A stretch of 62,816 nucleotides of DNA, the filler included, from Choristocarpus tenellus KU-1152 (taxonomy: Eukaryota; Protista; Phaeophyceae): NCBI GenBank assembly GCA_964200185.2. It is 8 parts of 8 records of this genome, joined end to end, with 100 filler letters (N's around TTAATTAATTAA, not from the genome) between each part and the next. Parts side by side here need not be neighbours in the genome. Positions count along the whole stretch, not along the records: positions 47,142 to 57,000 come from CAXNAD020003327.1; positions 57,101 to 59,993 come from CAXNAD020023857.1; positions 60,094 to 62,816 come from CAXNAD020025302.1; 5 more parts are not named here. One strand, 5' to 3'. The notes under the pieces were generated by a model, which worked only from the letters and a program-made list of their open reading frames with translations, ran no database searches and was not told the DNA's origin. This document shows positions 52,196 through 62,816 of the stretch, piece after piece. The stretch's first letter is position 1. Each line of letters opens with the position of its first letter. Made by a program: the position numbers and the translations under genes.

Positions 52196-53875
52196 TGGAG
52201 ATAGGGTTATTTGACGTTAGTTGTGGAGGTTCCCAAGCAGGACCCGAGCACATGCCAGCAGACAAGACAAGGAGTGGAGATGTCCGTGGGTGGTATTTGC
52301 CTATTACTAGTGATCGCCCTTGACTGCCCATCCTTGCTAGAAGATTAGAATAGAGGAAGAGCTGGTGCAAAATAGAGTACTTGGTACAAGCATCAACTCT
52401 CCAGATCTTCTCAGGTTGACAGCAAACAAATACACTACTTTTCTAATTTCGTGTGTATTAGGTTCGTAAGTCCAAAATGTTGATGTATCAAGACTTCGAG
52501 GTTCTCACATTATAACCCAGTGCAATACATCTTGTGGCGAAGGACTGCTATTATTCTACTTGGAGAAGCTAAAGGAATGACTCATACTAGATGGATACTC
52601 GAGATATTCCTTCCCTAACCCCTAAGGGTTCCCTATTATTTGGAGCTAAATTCTTCGAATCATAACCTAATTTCGAATAAACTATAACCGTGAAACCGTT
52701 GTGTAGATATGTTGACATGATCATGCTTACACCAAACCATGAATTAGATCAGCACCTCCCCTTTGCACCGAAAATAGGCATTGGGTTCCACGTCCAAGAA
52801 ACATCCAAGAAACATCCAAGAAACGGGAGACTATTAGAACTCTGAGTGGGAGTCGAGCATTATTGCTAAAATGCGTGAAGGGGATTTTGTCTCTGGGGGC
52901 ATTTCCCTGGAATTGACATGTCTTGTACAGGTACATCCCCTTGAAAACTCGGAAAGTTGGAAGAGGTGTTGACCATCTGCTCTGAGAATAGTACCGTAAT
53001 AAAAGAGAAGAAGGATATCGAAGACCGCATTGACCCTTACTATTTGCTATTGCAGGTGTCTACAACGTCGCACAAAGGAACCCTGGGCCTCCTTCCTGCA
53101 GGGAAGAAACACAAGCAGAAGTTCGTGGTGCGTTTTTTGGGCGCATACATTAATCGACGAATCTCCACTCAACGCACCAAGTAAAGAAAAGGGGGAGGGA
53201 GGTGGGGGCTCATTCAGTTTTTTTTTTTCCAAATACCCAGTCAAAAAGATTTCCCTGGAGTCATGATCATGATGTTTTGTTGCACCGTGATGTGAAAATA
53301 CTTCCTCTGTTTCAAAATATACTTCACTTGCTCCCGCATTTCAGTTCGAGAAATAAGGAAGTTTGGGCGACTGAAAGTATTTCGTAGTGTGCATTATCTG
53401 CGTGAGGCGCAGCTGCACAACAAATGATGGGGAGAACCTATTCCTCGTCTGGGCTAGAGAGCTGTATTTCGTGTCAGGGGTCTGGGGCAAAACGAACACC
53501 TTGCGACCCTCCAGTAATCCAGCTCTCCAGAATACTGAAGCCACAAAATTTCATTACTCGATGCATATCTTGCAAAGATAGGGGATGATTCTGGTTCTGT
53601 ACAATGCTTCGAGATGAAGAGAGGAGAAGCGCATACAGTTTTCCACTACAGTGATCTTGAGGGAAGTGGGATGGTAAGGGCCTTGGCCATGGGAGGATCA
53701 TCAGACGACAACAGGGACAGGATATTTGTGACACAGGTTTGGTGGGGCATTGGGGAGGGAAAGAATGACTGTCGTAGAACTCTATTTGTTCCCATGATAC
53801 TGGAGATGGTTGTATGGGTAAATGGGCGGATACTCCGCCAAAACTGTCAGTCAGGGCAAATGAGTTCAGAAGGAA

Positions 53876-54134
53876 GAGCCAAAGTATCTTAGTGGGTAGA
53901 GCTGCGTCCATTTGGGGTCCAAATTCCAATGTTGCGATTTTGATGCAATTTTGGCTATCGGGTTTGTTAGGAAGTGTCAATATCCATGTTCCGGACACAC
54001 CTTTTCATAACACATACATTTTTTCCACTCCTAAACATATTGGAGTAGGGAAATGTCATAAAAAACCCCATGGGAAGCCAAACCCCAAATGAACAAACAA
54101 GGCAAAGCTTGTACCCTCTAAGATACTTTCACTT
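53876..54134 (+). mobile_element. MITE family B
   Basis: TIRs present; GAA/GAA flanks. Confidence 0.9.
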
Positions 54135-54934
54135 GAAGGGAGGAATAGGTCCTTAGATGTGTTAAATCTTGACCTTCTTTAGTGACTAAGTCATTCAGCA
54201 GGCAATAAGGTATTCCTGAGACCCCAGGAACGAAATTTCGATGTCAACTCTTAGCACAATTCAACAGCACTCGCCAGGAGAATGGGGGAATCTTTCTTTC
54301 AAGTTTGAGACCTAGGAACATCTCAATGTATTGCCCAGAATTCTGTAGTGCAACTGAGTGTGTGATACCATGGTTTGCAGAGATGGACTTAGGTAGAGGA
54401 CCTGTGGGCTTAACCTCCTGATTTTCTTTTGCTTGTACGATATTTCTTTTGTTGTCAGGAAGATATGTTAAGGTTGTATGATTCACTTAGCTCTTGATTC
54501 GTGCATACTGAGTACTAGTTTCAAAAATGAATTAGTCCACGTAATTGTGATTCTGTCTACTGCACGATATGAATATATTTCATTCTCCAGGGATCACATA
54601 TTGTTGGCATCAGCAAAAAGGGCAAAGGGTTCTTCAAGATGACATCATCTCTATCCGAAACCATCAACCACATGGCTGTTGAGGGAGTGAGGTAAGGTGG
54701 TGAGCTATTATTGAGGTGTCTTACGCTGGAAATATCTTGTCAGGTGCATAGCATTGCAGGATTTGGGTACATGACTTGAGTTTCCAGTATTGACAATCAG
54801 GGGAAAGATCATGATGAAGAACCTCGTATGAGCTCTCCACATTCAAGTGAACAACCCTTCGAAAATATGTTACTTCAAAGGAAGAAAAGCCATTTGACCA
54901 ATTCCAAGTGATAAGGTTCCTTGCCTCTAGTGCT

Positions 54935-55195
54935 GAGTCAAAGTATCTTACAGGGTAGAGCTGCGTCTGTTTAGGGGTCAAAATCCAATGCTGCGATTTT
55001 GATGTAATCTTGACTGTCATGTTTGTTCGGAAGTGTCAATATCCTTGTTCCAAACACACCTTTTTGTAATGTGTACATTTTACCTACTCCTAAACATTTC
55101 GGAGTAGATAAAATGTCATAAAAAAACCCTGTGGGAAGCCAAGGCCCAAACAGACAAACAGGGCAAAACTCGTACCCTCTAAGATACTTCCACTT
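54935..55195 (+). mobile_element. MITE family B
   Basis: TIRs present; GCT/GCT flanks. Confidence 0.9.
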
Positions 55196-55219
55196 GCTAC
55201 CCACTGCCAGATCCCCTTG

Positions 55220-55476
55220 GAGCCAAAGTATCTTACAGAGTAGAGCTGCGTCCATTTGGGGGTCAAAATCCAACGCTGCGATTTTGATGTAATCTTGGCT
55301 GTCAGGTTTGTTAGGAATTGTCAATATCCTTGTTCCAAACACATCTTTTTGTAACGTGTACATTTTACCTACTCCTAAACATTTTGGAGTAGGAAAATGT
55401 CATAAAAAACCCATGGAAGCCAAGCCCCAAATGGACAAACAGGGAAAAACTTGCACCCTCTAAGATACTTTCACTC
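55220..55476 (+). mobile_element. MITE family B, 24 bp downstream of the previous copy
   Basis: GAGCCAAAGTATCT...AGATACTTTCACTC. Confidence 0.9.
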
Positions 55477-56456
55477 CTCAGTCAAAATATCCTCAACACC
55501 AAGGAACTTGTCCAACCTCCCCGAAATTCGACTCTGTAGAGTCTCTACCAAAAGTTCAGTTTTTAGTCCACCTGAATAATTTGAATTTATGCCCTCAGAG
55601 GTGAAAAGAAGAATAAAATGTGTGCACAAAAAAAAATACTCTGAAGTTTTGAATCTGTTGAGCTTAAGTTGCAACTGCAAGACCCCTATACTCCGTGTCA
55701 TCTAACTTCCTCTCAGAATCTGGACTGGGTGTGACTTCATCTGCAATGCCTATGATGATGGAAGGGACAATGCCTTTTACATGTGTCACGACAAGATAGG
55801 TGCCCTTACCACTGCCCGGATCACAGGAGGAAATGATCCTGACTCCATACCCAATGCTGTGTTGGGCTGTCAGGCAAGCACAAAATGCAGTCTGGATGAT
55901 TCATATCTATGTTTCTAAGCTTTACATTTCAGTATCCCAAGAATACAAAGATTGATGCTTCCTTAAATTCCCCTATGGATTTTTGTTTCTATGAAGAGTA
56001 GTTTGGGGTAGGTGCATTGACAGGTTTGAGCATAGCGTGTCAGGTACCGACTGTGTCACCTAACTGAGAAAGAACAACTAATATGTTCCGTTTCTAGGTG
56101 AAACTTCGTACATAATTACTGAAAATCTAGAAAATAAGTGTCCCTCTCATCCCCCAAAATCAGCAACTACCCAATATACCTAACATGGAAGATTTAATTA
56201 ACACAAACCTTGAATAGCTCTTTGAAATAGGCTGTCAATTTAGGAAAATGAACCACAGACTTAGCCTGTTTCCATCCCTACGTTACATCTTGATTGCCTC
56301 ACCTCCCCATGACTCTCTCCCCACCCTTCATCCCCAGGACGGCTGCATCCGGATCTTAACTGGGTCAGATGTAGTGCTGGAGGCAACTGTTGGTGGGGGG
56401 GTAGGTGCGCTGCACTCTTTCAATCATTATGGTGATGGGAATGTGAATCAGGTATG

Positions 56457-56624
56457 GAGTCAGAGTATCTTAGAGGGTAGAGCTGCGTCCATTTGGGGGC
56501 AAAAATCCAATGTTCCGATTTGGATGTAGTTTTGGCTATTGTGTTTGTTAGAAAGTGTCAATATCCTTGTTCCGGCCACCTTTTCATAACGTATACCTTT
56601 TGCCTACTCCAAAACATTTCGGAG
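56457..56624 (+). mobile_element. MITE family B, right-truncated
   Basis: Left TIR and about two thirds of the body. Confidence 0.85.
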
Positions 56625-56922
56625 CATCAAGGCTATACCAAGTTCAGAATATAAAAAAATATATGCGCCTGTGGGGAAACAGATGTCTGCAAATGACGCC
56701 AATCAATTTCTTTTCCATGACTGGATAGTCAAGTCCTCCTTGGTGCGTTCACTTGAATTCACACCCCACTTTCACCATTTTTCACTCCATCTCTATTTTC
56801 CCTTGAAAATCGTCATTCCAGCTTTGTATGGTCCAAAAAATGCTTGTAAGTTCAAGATGGAAGTCTCTATTATCTCTTGTTCTGAAAACAACCCACTCTG
56901 TGACCCGCAAAGGATATCTTAT

Positions 56923-57000
56923 GGTTCAAAGTATCTCGGGGGGGGGGTGGGGGGGGGGGGCCGGCGTCCGGTTCTGACTCTGATCCGGCTTTCACCCTCG
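56923..57000 (+). mobile_element. MITE family A-like terminus at a contig end
   Basis: GGTTCAAAGTATCTCGG followed by a G-run. Confidence 0.55.
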
Positions 57001-57100
57001 NNNNNNNNNNNNNNNNNNNNNNNNNNNNNNNNNNNNNNNNNNNNTTAATTAATTAANNNNNNNNNNNNNNNNNNNNNNNNNNNNNNNNNNNNNNNNNNNN

Positions 57101-58330
57101 CGGCCCCCCCCCGCCCCCCCCCCCCCCCTGTCCTTTGCCCCTTTCTCCCAGTATGTTTTTTTTTTTCTGACTCCTCCTACCTCTGGTATTTCGTTGAGTG
57201 CTGGATGGATGGATACCTTCCTAGGCTTATCTAACACATAGGTGCTAGATCTAGCAGAGGCAAACTGTTGCAGTGATGATAGAGAGCTCTCCCCTCCTTC
57301 TTGCACCCTACTAATCTTCCTGTACATAGGAGACACCAAAACTTGGTCAGGAATGTCCTCAGGTTCAGAATATGCTGCTGGACAAATGTACACAATCAGT
57401 TTCATCCCCACACAGAGATCATTTCAGTTGACACAAATATTCTAGTGCAATCATTTCATAAATAATTTTTGCTTATTAAATATCAACATTCTCGATCTTG
57501 GCATGACTCCTAACAAGATGTATTTAAAAGCTGGTAATATTTGATGGAACAGTTGAAAGCATTCACACATGCATCATACATACATACATACATACATACA
57601 TACATACATACATACATAATACATACACACATGCATGCATGCATAATACATACATACATAATACATACATACATATTACATACATACATACATATATACA
57701 TACTCACACGGAGCCAATTTGTCTTCCCTGCAAGAGTGTTTTGCATACTCCGCCTTCGCAGATTTTCGCGAAAACCGGTCAATCAATTACAGACGTCTAA
57801 ACAAATTGCTTGGGTGACAAAAATATTGTGGCCATTTTTTGCGAGCAACACCATTATCCCGTAACCCTAACCCTAAGGTTCAGTGAATTGAACCAACCAA
57901 CCTACACACACAAAAAAAAAGTAGCAGAGTATGTAAGGCAGTGATTTTGCAGAAGACCCATCAGCCTCACATACAGACAAAAACGTTCTCACATGACACA
58001 AGAATTGACAGACATTTGGTAGTTGCTTGCCATTTTCAAGGACGACTGGCATTCATCCGAATCAAGAAGATTGTATAGGGGACACGTTTCGACTCTCTTC
58101 TTGTATTGCTAGAAATTGAAGCCTTTCCCATCCCATTGTATCTCCCAGTACTTCACCTGTTTCCTCGCATAGGACTGTTGGTCAATGCAGCCACTATGTT
58201 TCTTGTTGAGGAAGACATCTGGCCGTCTCCTTTTTGATGAGCCAATGGTGATTCCAAGATGGGTTTCCTACCATTCAGCTGAGATGGGGTGAAGGTATGT
58301 GAGAAGGGTCGACAAGATTGTTGTTGACAA
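57101..58330 (-). CDS. Probable exons of an uncharacterised S/P-rich protein (about 58330-58157 and 57377-57180)
   Basis: ORF 58153-58335 ends at ACAG|GTGAAG; ORF 57049-57411 follows TTTGTCCAG. No motif recognised. Confidence 0.35.
57566..57702. repeat. (TACA)n microsatellite
   Basis: Read directly from the sequence. Confidence 0.95.
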
Positions 58331-58876
58331 AACAATCGTCCCGTGATGTTTGTCCATCACGGGACGATTTTACGGCTGGAGACAAGATATATGCTTAATA
58401 GTAGGTAGGTGTGTAGGATGAGTATATAGCGTATTCGTGGAGGGTGTAAGACAGTTTTAGCACAGAAAAAAAAACAATATTCTGAGGTTTATCAACAGAT
58501 TTTCTGGAAGCACCACGTCATACAGCTTGTCCTACTATTTGCAGTGGGCTCTTAATTAAGTGCTGGATCAGAGTGTGACATGTCCTAACGCAGTAAAGGA
58601 AGAAGTATATCGTACTCCTTCAGTTGTGAAAGTGAAAAGAGGGGGAAGGGGTAAAAAACAAGTACGGTGAAGCATTGCGATACATAGAAAAAAAAAAATA
58701 GAAAAAAATAAGAAAAAAAACAAGTATGGGAAGGTGACTCTTAATACACGATGGGCAGTGCTCGCAGACAATCAGTACGTCTGCATGAGTGCTATTGTTG
58801 GGCCCCATGGTAAGAAGCAACAGTGATTTCACAAAAAAATATTCTATATGGCTTTTACAACGCTACAGAGCTCAGC

Positions 58877-59046
58877 GGCTCAAAGTATCTCGGAGGGGGT
58901 GGCGGCTGTCCACATGTGGGTTCAATTTTTTCATATCGCGATATTTGGGTGATTTGGTTGCATACGTCGGATGGATAATGTAAGTGCACTTTTCCCGATT
59001 TTGGGCCAAATGGATACCCTCGTGTCGACCCCAGATACTCTGGGTC
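58877..59046 (+). mobile_element. MITE family A
   Basis: GGCTCAAAGTATCT...AGATACTCTGGGTC. Confidence 0.9.
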
Positions 59047-59266
59047 AGTGCTGACTGTGTGGAATGCACCAACTCTTCAAATGAGGAGAATGAAGGCATT
59101 CAAGTACTTCGAGTGAAAACACTACGCAGAGGCACATACTTGTATCCAGGATTTCCCATACCAGAAGGGATTATTCCAGTGCATGTTGTATAGTATGTAT
59201 TCCAAATGAAAAGGACCTTCCAAATAATGGCCAAATAGTGGGGGGTCGTCAAACCCTGTCCTCTCA

Positions 59267-59547
59267 GAGTCAAAGTATTTTAGAGGGTAGAGCCGCGTCC
59301 ATTTGGGGCCCAATATCCAATGTTGCGATTTTGATGTAATTTCGGGTATCGTGTTTGCTAGGAAGTGTCAATATCTATGTTCTGGACACACCTTTCCATA
59401 ACGTACACATTTTAACCTAACCCTAATTCCGAAATATTTCGGAGTGGGTAAAATGTGATAAAAAAAACTAATGGGAGGCCAAAAGGGTATACCCCAAACG
59501 GACGAACAGGGCAAAAATCGTACCCTAACCCTAAGATACTTTCACTC
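59267..59547 (+). mobile_element. MITE family B with two CCCTAA insertions
   Basis: Family B body with extra telomeric units at 59413-59426 and 59523-59534. Confidence 0.9.
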
Positions 59548-59877
59548 TGCTGCTCCGACTCTTGCTTGGGGTCAATTCGAATAGGGTATACTTTAACATT
59601 GTACCAAACAGTTGTCACAAGAAGGTATACTAGGTTAAAGGCGCTGGTCAAACGCGTTTCTTTGGGTGGAAGAAAGGTCACATCTACTTCCCCTGTACTT
59701 TCCGGTCTGCTAAGCCAATGCCAATGCCGGCTTCGCAATGAAAAGATGCTATCGACTACTCTTTGGAATTTGTCATTGACAGGCGATACTTTTTCTGTTT
59801 TGTTTTTTTTCGTAGGGAAAAGAAAAAAAGCAATATATTTTCCTCCTCCTTCATCGGGACGCGATCATAGATGGTCT

Positions 59878-59993
59878 GGTTCAAAGTGTCTTAGAGGGCA
59901 CGAGTTTTGCCTTGTTTTTCCGTTTCGGGTATATATATACCCTTTTTGGCTTCCCACGAGCGTCTTTTTATGACTCTTTACTACTCTGAAACA
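59878..59993 (-). mobile_element. MITE family B, partial and cut by the gap
   Basis: Reverse complement of the right arm. Confidence 0.8.
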
Positions 59994-60256
59994 NNNNNNN
60001 NNNNNNNNNNNNNNNNNNNNNNNNNNNNNNNNNNNNNTTAATTAATTAANNNNNNNNNNNNNNNNNNNNNNNNNNNNNNNNNNNNNNNNNNNNTACGCAC
60101 AGAAGATAATGCGGAACATTCGGGATATTTAGGCGGGGTATTTGACCAGAAGTAATCGGCGGACTATTAGAGTCGGAGTGTTTCTGACGTGTACTAGAGA
60201 TACGTTGAGTCATTTGGTATTCTGAGTCATTACGTGTAAGGACTGGTGAGCCCCAC

Positions 60257-62724
60257 CTAGTGAAGGTATCTCACTCTCTTCTTAACTGTGGTACAAGTTA
60301 ATAAACAATAATATAACTAGTTGTGTGGGACAACAGATCGCCAAGGACAGCTTAACAGCAAGTAATAACAACAGCTTGGCGCTGAGTGAGGCTGCTGCTG
60401 CTGCTGTCATAAGCACCTGCATCAGAGTCTTCATTCGCAACAGCCAACAGATGTGAACTCAATGGAGGGCAATGACGGTGACATGTTGCTACTGTACGAT
60501 TGTTGCAAAATTAACGCTGGACACCTACCTTTCGATGGTCTGACAACTCCTTGTCGATGTATTCGAGGACGGTTGAGTCGTTCGTGGGTTATACACCAGG
60601 CGCACCGTGCTGCTTCTCTTTTAACGTGACACATATGTCACATTTCATAAATTTGCCTCCTACACTCACCCTGATGTTGGGCCTCTCCTCTCTGAGCATT
60701 CGGAGGAAGTGCGCCTTGCTTACCCGCTTGGAATTGTCGTCAGGATACACCCGTATTGCCTCTTTGCAAAAATCCTTGTATAGCTCCTAATTAATAATGT
60801 TGTTTGTGTGGACAAGTGAGGAATTATTGAGAAAGAACACTCGAAGAACACCGCTGCATGATCTCTTGAAGGCGGGATGATCAATAACTTTACTGACAAC
60901 AAGAAAGACAGGATCAACCAAGCTTACATCGTGCGTAATGAAAGAGCAAGTAGAATGATCTTCGTAAATCTGCCACGAGCGCCATTCTCTTCGGGTCTCG
61001 CCGACGTTTGCAGAAACGCAAAGGAGGTGAATCTACCATCATCATCATCATCACAAAGTCCTTGAGACATACGAATTACACACTACACTACCGTGTTGGT
61101 AGTGAAGGGCGCGTAAATAGTTGAGCAGGTGCTTGCAAATTAATGTACCCTCTTGATTCTACTGTTGTTGTTCTTACCATCAAACTACGTCTGGTGCGTA
61201 TTATCATCACAGGAGCTTCGTCATGGTGGCGGCTGAGCTATCGTATTGCTGCTGTATTATTATCGTTTGTTATTGTACAGCCATAATACTTGTATAAGCT
61301 ATCTACAAGTATATATGTCTCAACGACAAATAACTGACGTTACGGCATTCATAAGTTGCGCGAAGAACCGCTCGCTTGCGCACCCCGTGTGTTTTTCATG
61401 GGTGGTCTTGTATTCTCTGCTGGCGCGATACTGTACACACAACAAAATCCATGCATGTGGGTGGGTACAGAAAAAGAGGCATGTCCAGCAGTGAATGGTT
61501 CTATCATCTTTCTGCATGGAGTAGACCGCTCTCAAAAAAAAAAAGGTTCACATGGTCATCAATTCAGATTTTTTTTTCTGACGATCAATAGTTCCCAACG
61601 GGGCTACGTAACTAGTCTGAACGAAAGAAGCCAAAGCCATGACAAAGCCATCCCCCGTGAGCTGTGTGTATGTTCCTTCCCGTGTCGTGATCGTTTGCGG
61701 CCAAGAGGCATGGGCACGCTGTTGAACACACCTTGTTTACTGGTGGTGCCTATCGATCGATGCCCGTCGGCCCCAAATGAACACCATTTCGAGAAGGACC
61801 ATACAGACATGCAGCTTACGAGGGATGGCTCTCCTTGTTGCTGTGGTGACATCCATTCGAGAGTGATGATGCAAGATGGTTAAACTTCTAGAGAGTGAAT
61901 GTACCTTAGAGGGTACAAGCTTTGCCCTGTTTGTCCATTTGGGGCCTGACTTCCCATGGCGTATTTTTTTTACATTTCCTACTCCAAAATGTTTCGGAGT
62001 AGGTAAAATGTGTAGTCATGAAAAGGTGTGTCCGGAGCATGGATATTGACACTTCCCAACAAACACGATAGNNNNNNNNNNTAGCCAAAATTACATCAAA
62101 ATCACAACATTGGAATTTGGCCCCAAATGGACGAGGCCGTACCCTCTAAGATACTTTGGCTCAGATCGTGTCGTCATGCATTCGCTTGACAGGATGATCT
62201 CCCATCATACACAATAAAGCGCCGTCGCAGTAGTAAGGAAAACCGTAACCAGAAATTTCTACACTTTACTATCTAGGTCAGACCGGGCTCGTGGCCGCAG
62301 AGTAGGTGTACACAGCGGTGACATAACAGTTACTGGGCCTTCCTCCGTAAAAGCGACGGAGAGTATTATCATCATCATTGTAGTCTTGACATTAGGAAGA
62401 AAAAAAATAGTTCTTCGTACGAAGCTTCACATTTTTTTAAACCATAATCTCAGACCGGTCAAAGTAATAACCACCCACCACTTGAAATACTCCTTCGATC
62501 CACTTCTTCTATGTACTGCTGGGTCACACGGTTGGCAACTAACTCCAACGCAGGATGTGGCCAACCTCTCCACAACCAAGGGCAAAACCTACCTCTTTGT
62601 TCGCGAGATCACAATTGCGGTCTTGTGAGGCATGAACTGCCCGTACGTATCCGCCCAGTAGTATATCCAGGACATCACCAGGTCACGCTTCAGAGCCATG
62701 TCCCTCTCTTTGTTCCTGCCCTTC
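60257..62724 (-). pseudogene. Intron-containing Sola2/DUF7869-like transposase relic. Exons about 62724-62593, 60786-60529, 60285-60257
   Basis: SWIYYWADTYGQFMPHKTAIVI | ELYKDFC...HFLRMLREERPNIRVSVGGKFMKCDICVTLK...ELSDHRK | LRRE*DTF. This matches my recollection of the WxxxxxxxxGxxMP...LYxxY...FxKCxxC...H..ER N-terminal series of that family. Contains frameshifts and stops. Confidence 0.55.
61893..62162 (-). mobile_element. MITE family B within the predicted intron of the transposase relic
   Basis: TIRs present; AGA/AGA flanks. Confidence 0.9.
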
Positions 62725-62816
62725 CTGTTGTAGTAGCGCACGTACGTGTATATGGATGGGAAGTGTGTTGGAGGTGGATGTAAGGGACGGGGGATGGAAT
62801 CGTAGGCCGGCAGCGG

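Noticed and set aside
52930-53870. CG-richer coding-like stretch with several short ORFs
   Set aside because: Probably TE-derived, but no family motif could be identified.
21308-59973. Many similar short ORFs (e.g. GSKYL...PFGVNFFISRF; IATLDF.PKW)
   Set aside because: These are translations of non-coding MITE copies, not a peptide gene family.
20927-60093. Recurrent palindrome TTAATTAATTAA inside N-runs
   Set aside because: Synthetic six-frame-stop linker. Not biological, and it makes cross-gap gene neighbourhoods unreliable.

Overview
Eukaryotic, intron-rich and transposon-littered draft assembly. It is inferred to be an ochrophyte, most likely a brown alga or close relative, from a bipartite complex-plastid targeting peptide, TTAGGG repeats and GT-AG multi-exon genes. 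Seven artificial linkers (about 45 N + TTAATTAATTAA + about 44 N) join contigs, so gene order across them is unproven. Three complete spliced genes were reconstructed by hand: a DHHC palmitoyltransferase (-, 8 exons), DDX52/ROK1 DEAD-box helicase (-, 7 exons) and a plastid-targeted FNR-like oxidoreductase (+, 4 exons, head-to-head with DDX52). Partial genes are WDR89-like (-), an unknown membrane protein head-to-head with it (+), a SAM-domain exon and a large coiled-coil/low-complexity protein (-). Mobile DNA includes a CRE-like non-LTR element in two divergent halves, an RTE-like LINE remnant, Copia remnants, a full-length decayed DD39D-type mariner with TIRs and TA TSD, an intron-containing Sola2/DUF7869-like transposase relic, and about 18 copies or fragments of two MITE families that share one TIR. 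The most notable signals are telomeric TTAGGG units written into individual MITE copies, CpG decay in repeats contrasting with CpG-rich gene 5' ends, and a probable twin-priming inversion. I cannot support a claim of a new multi-gene system here.
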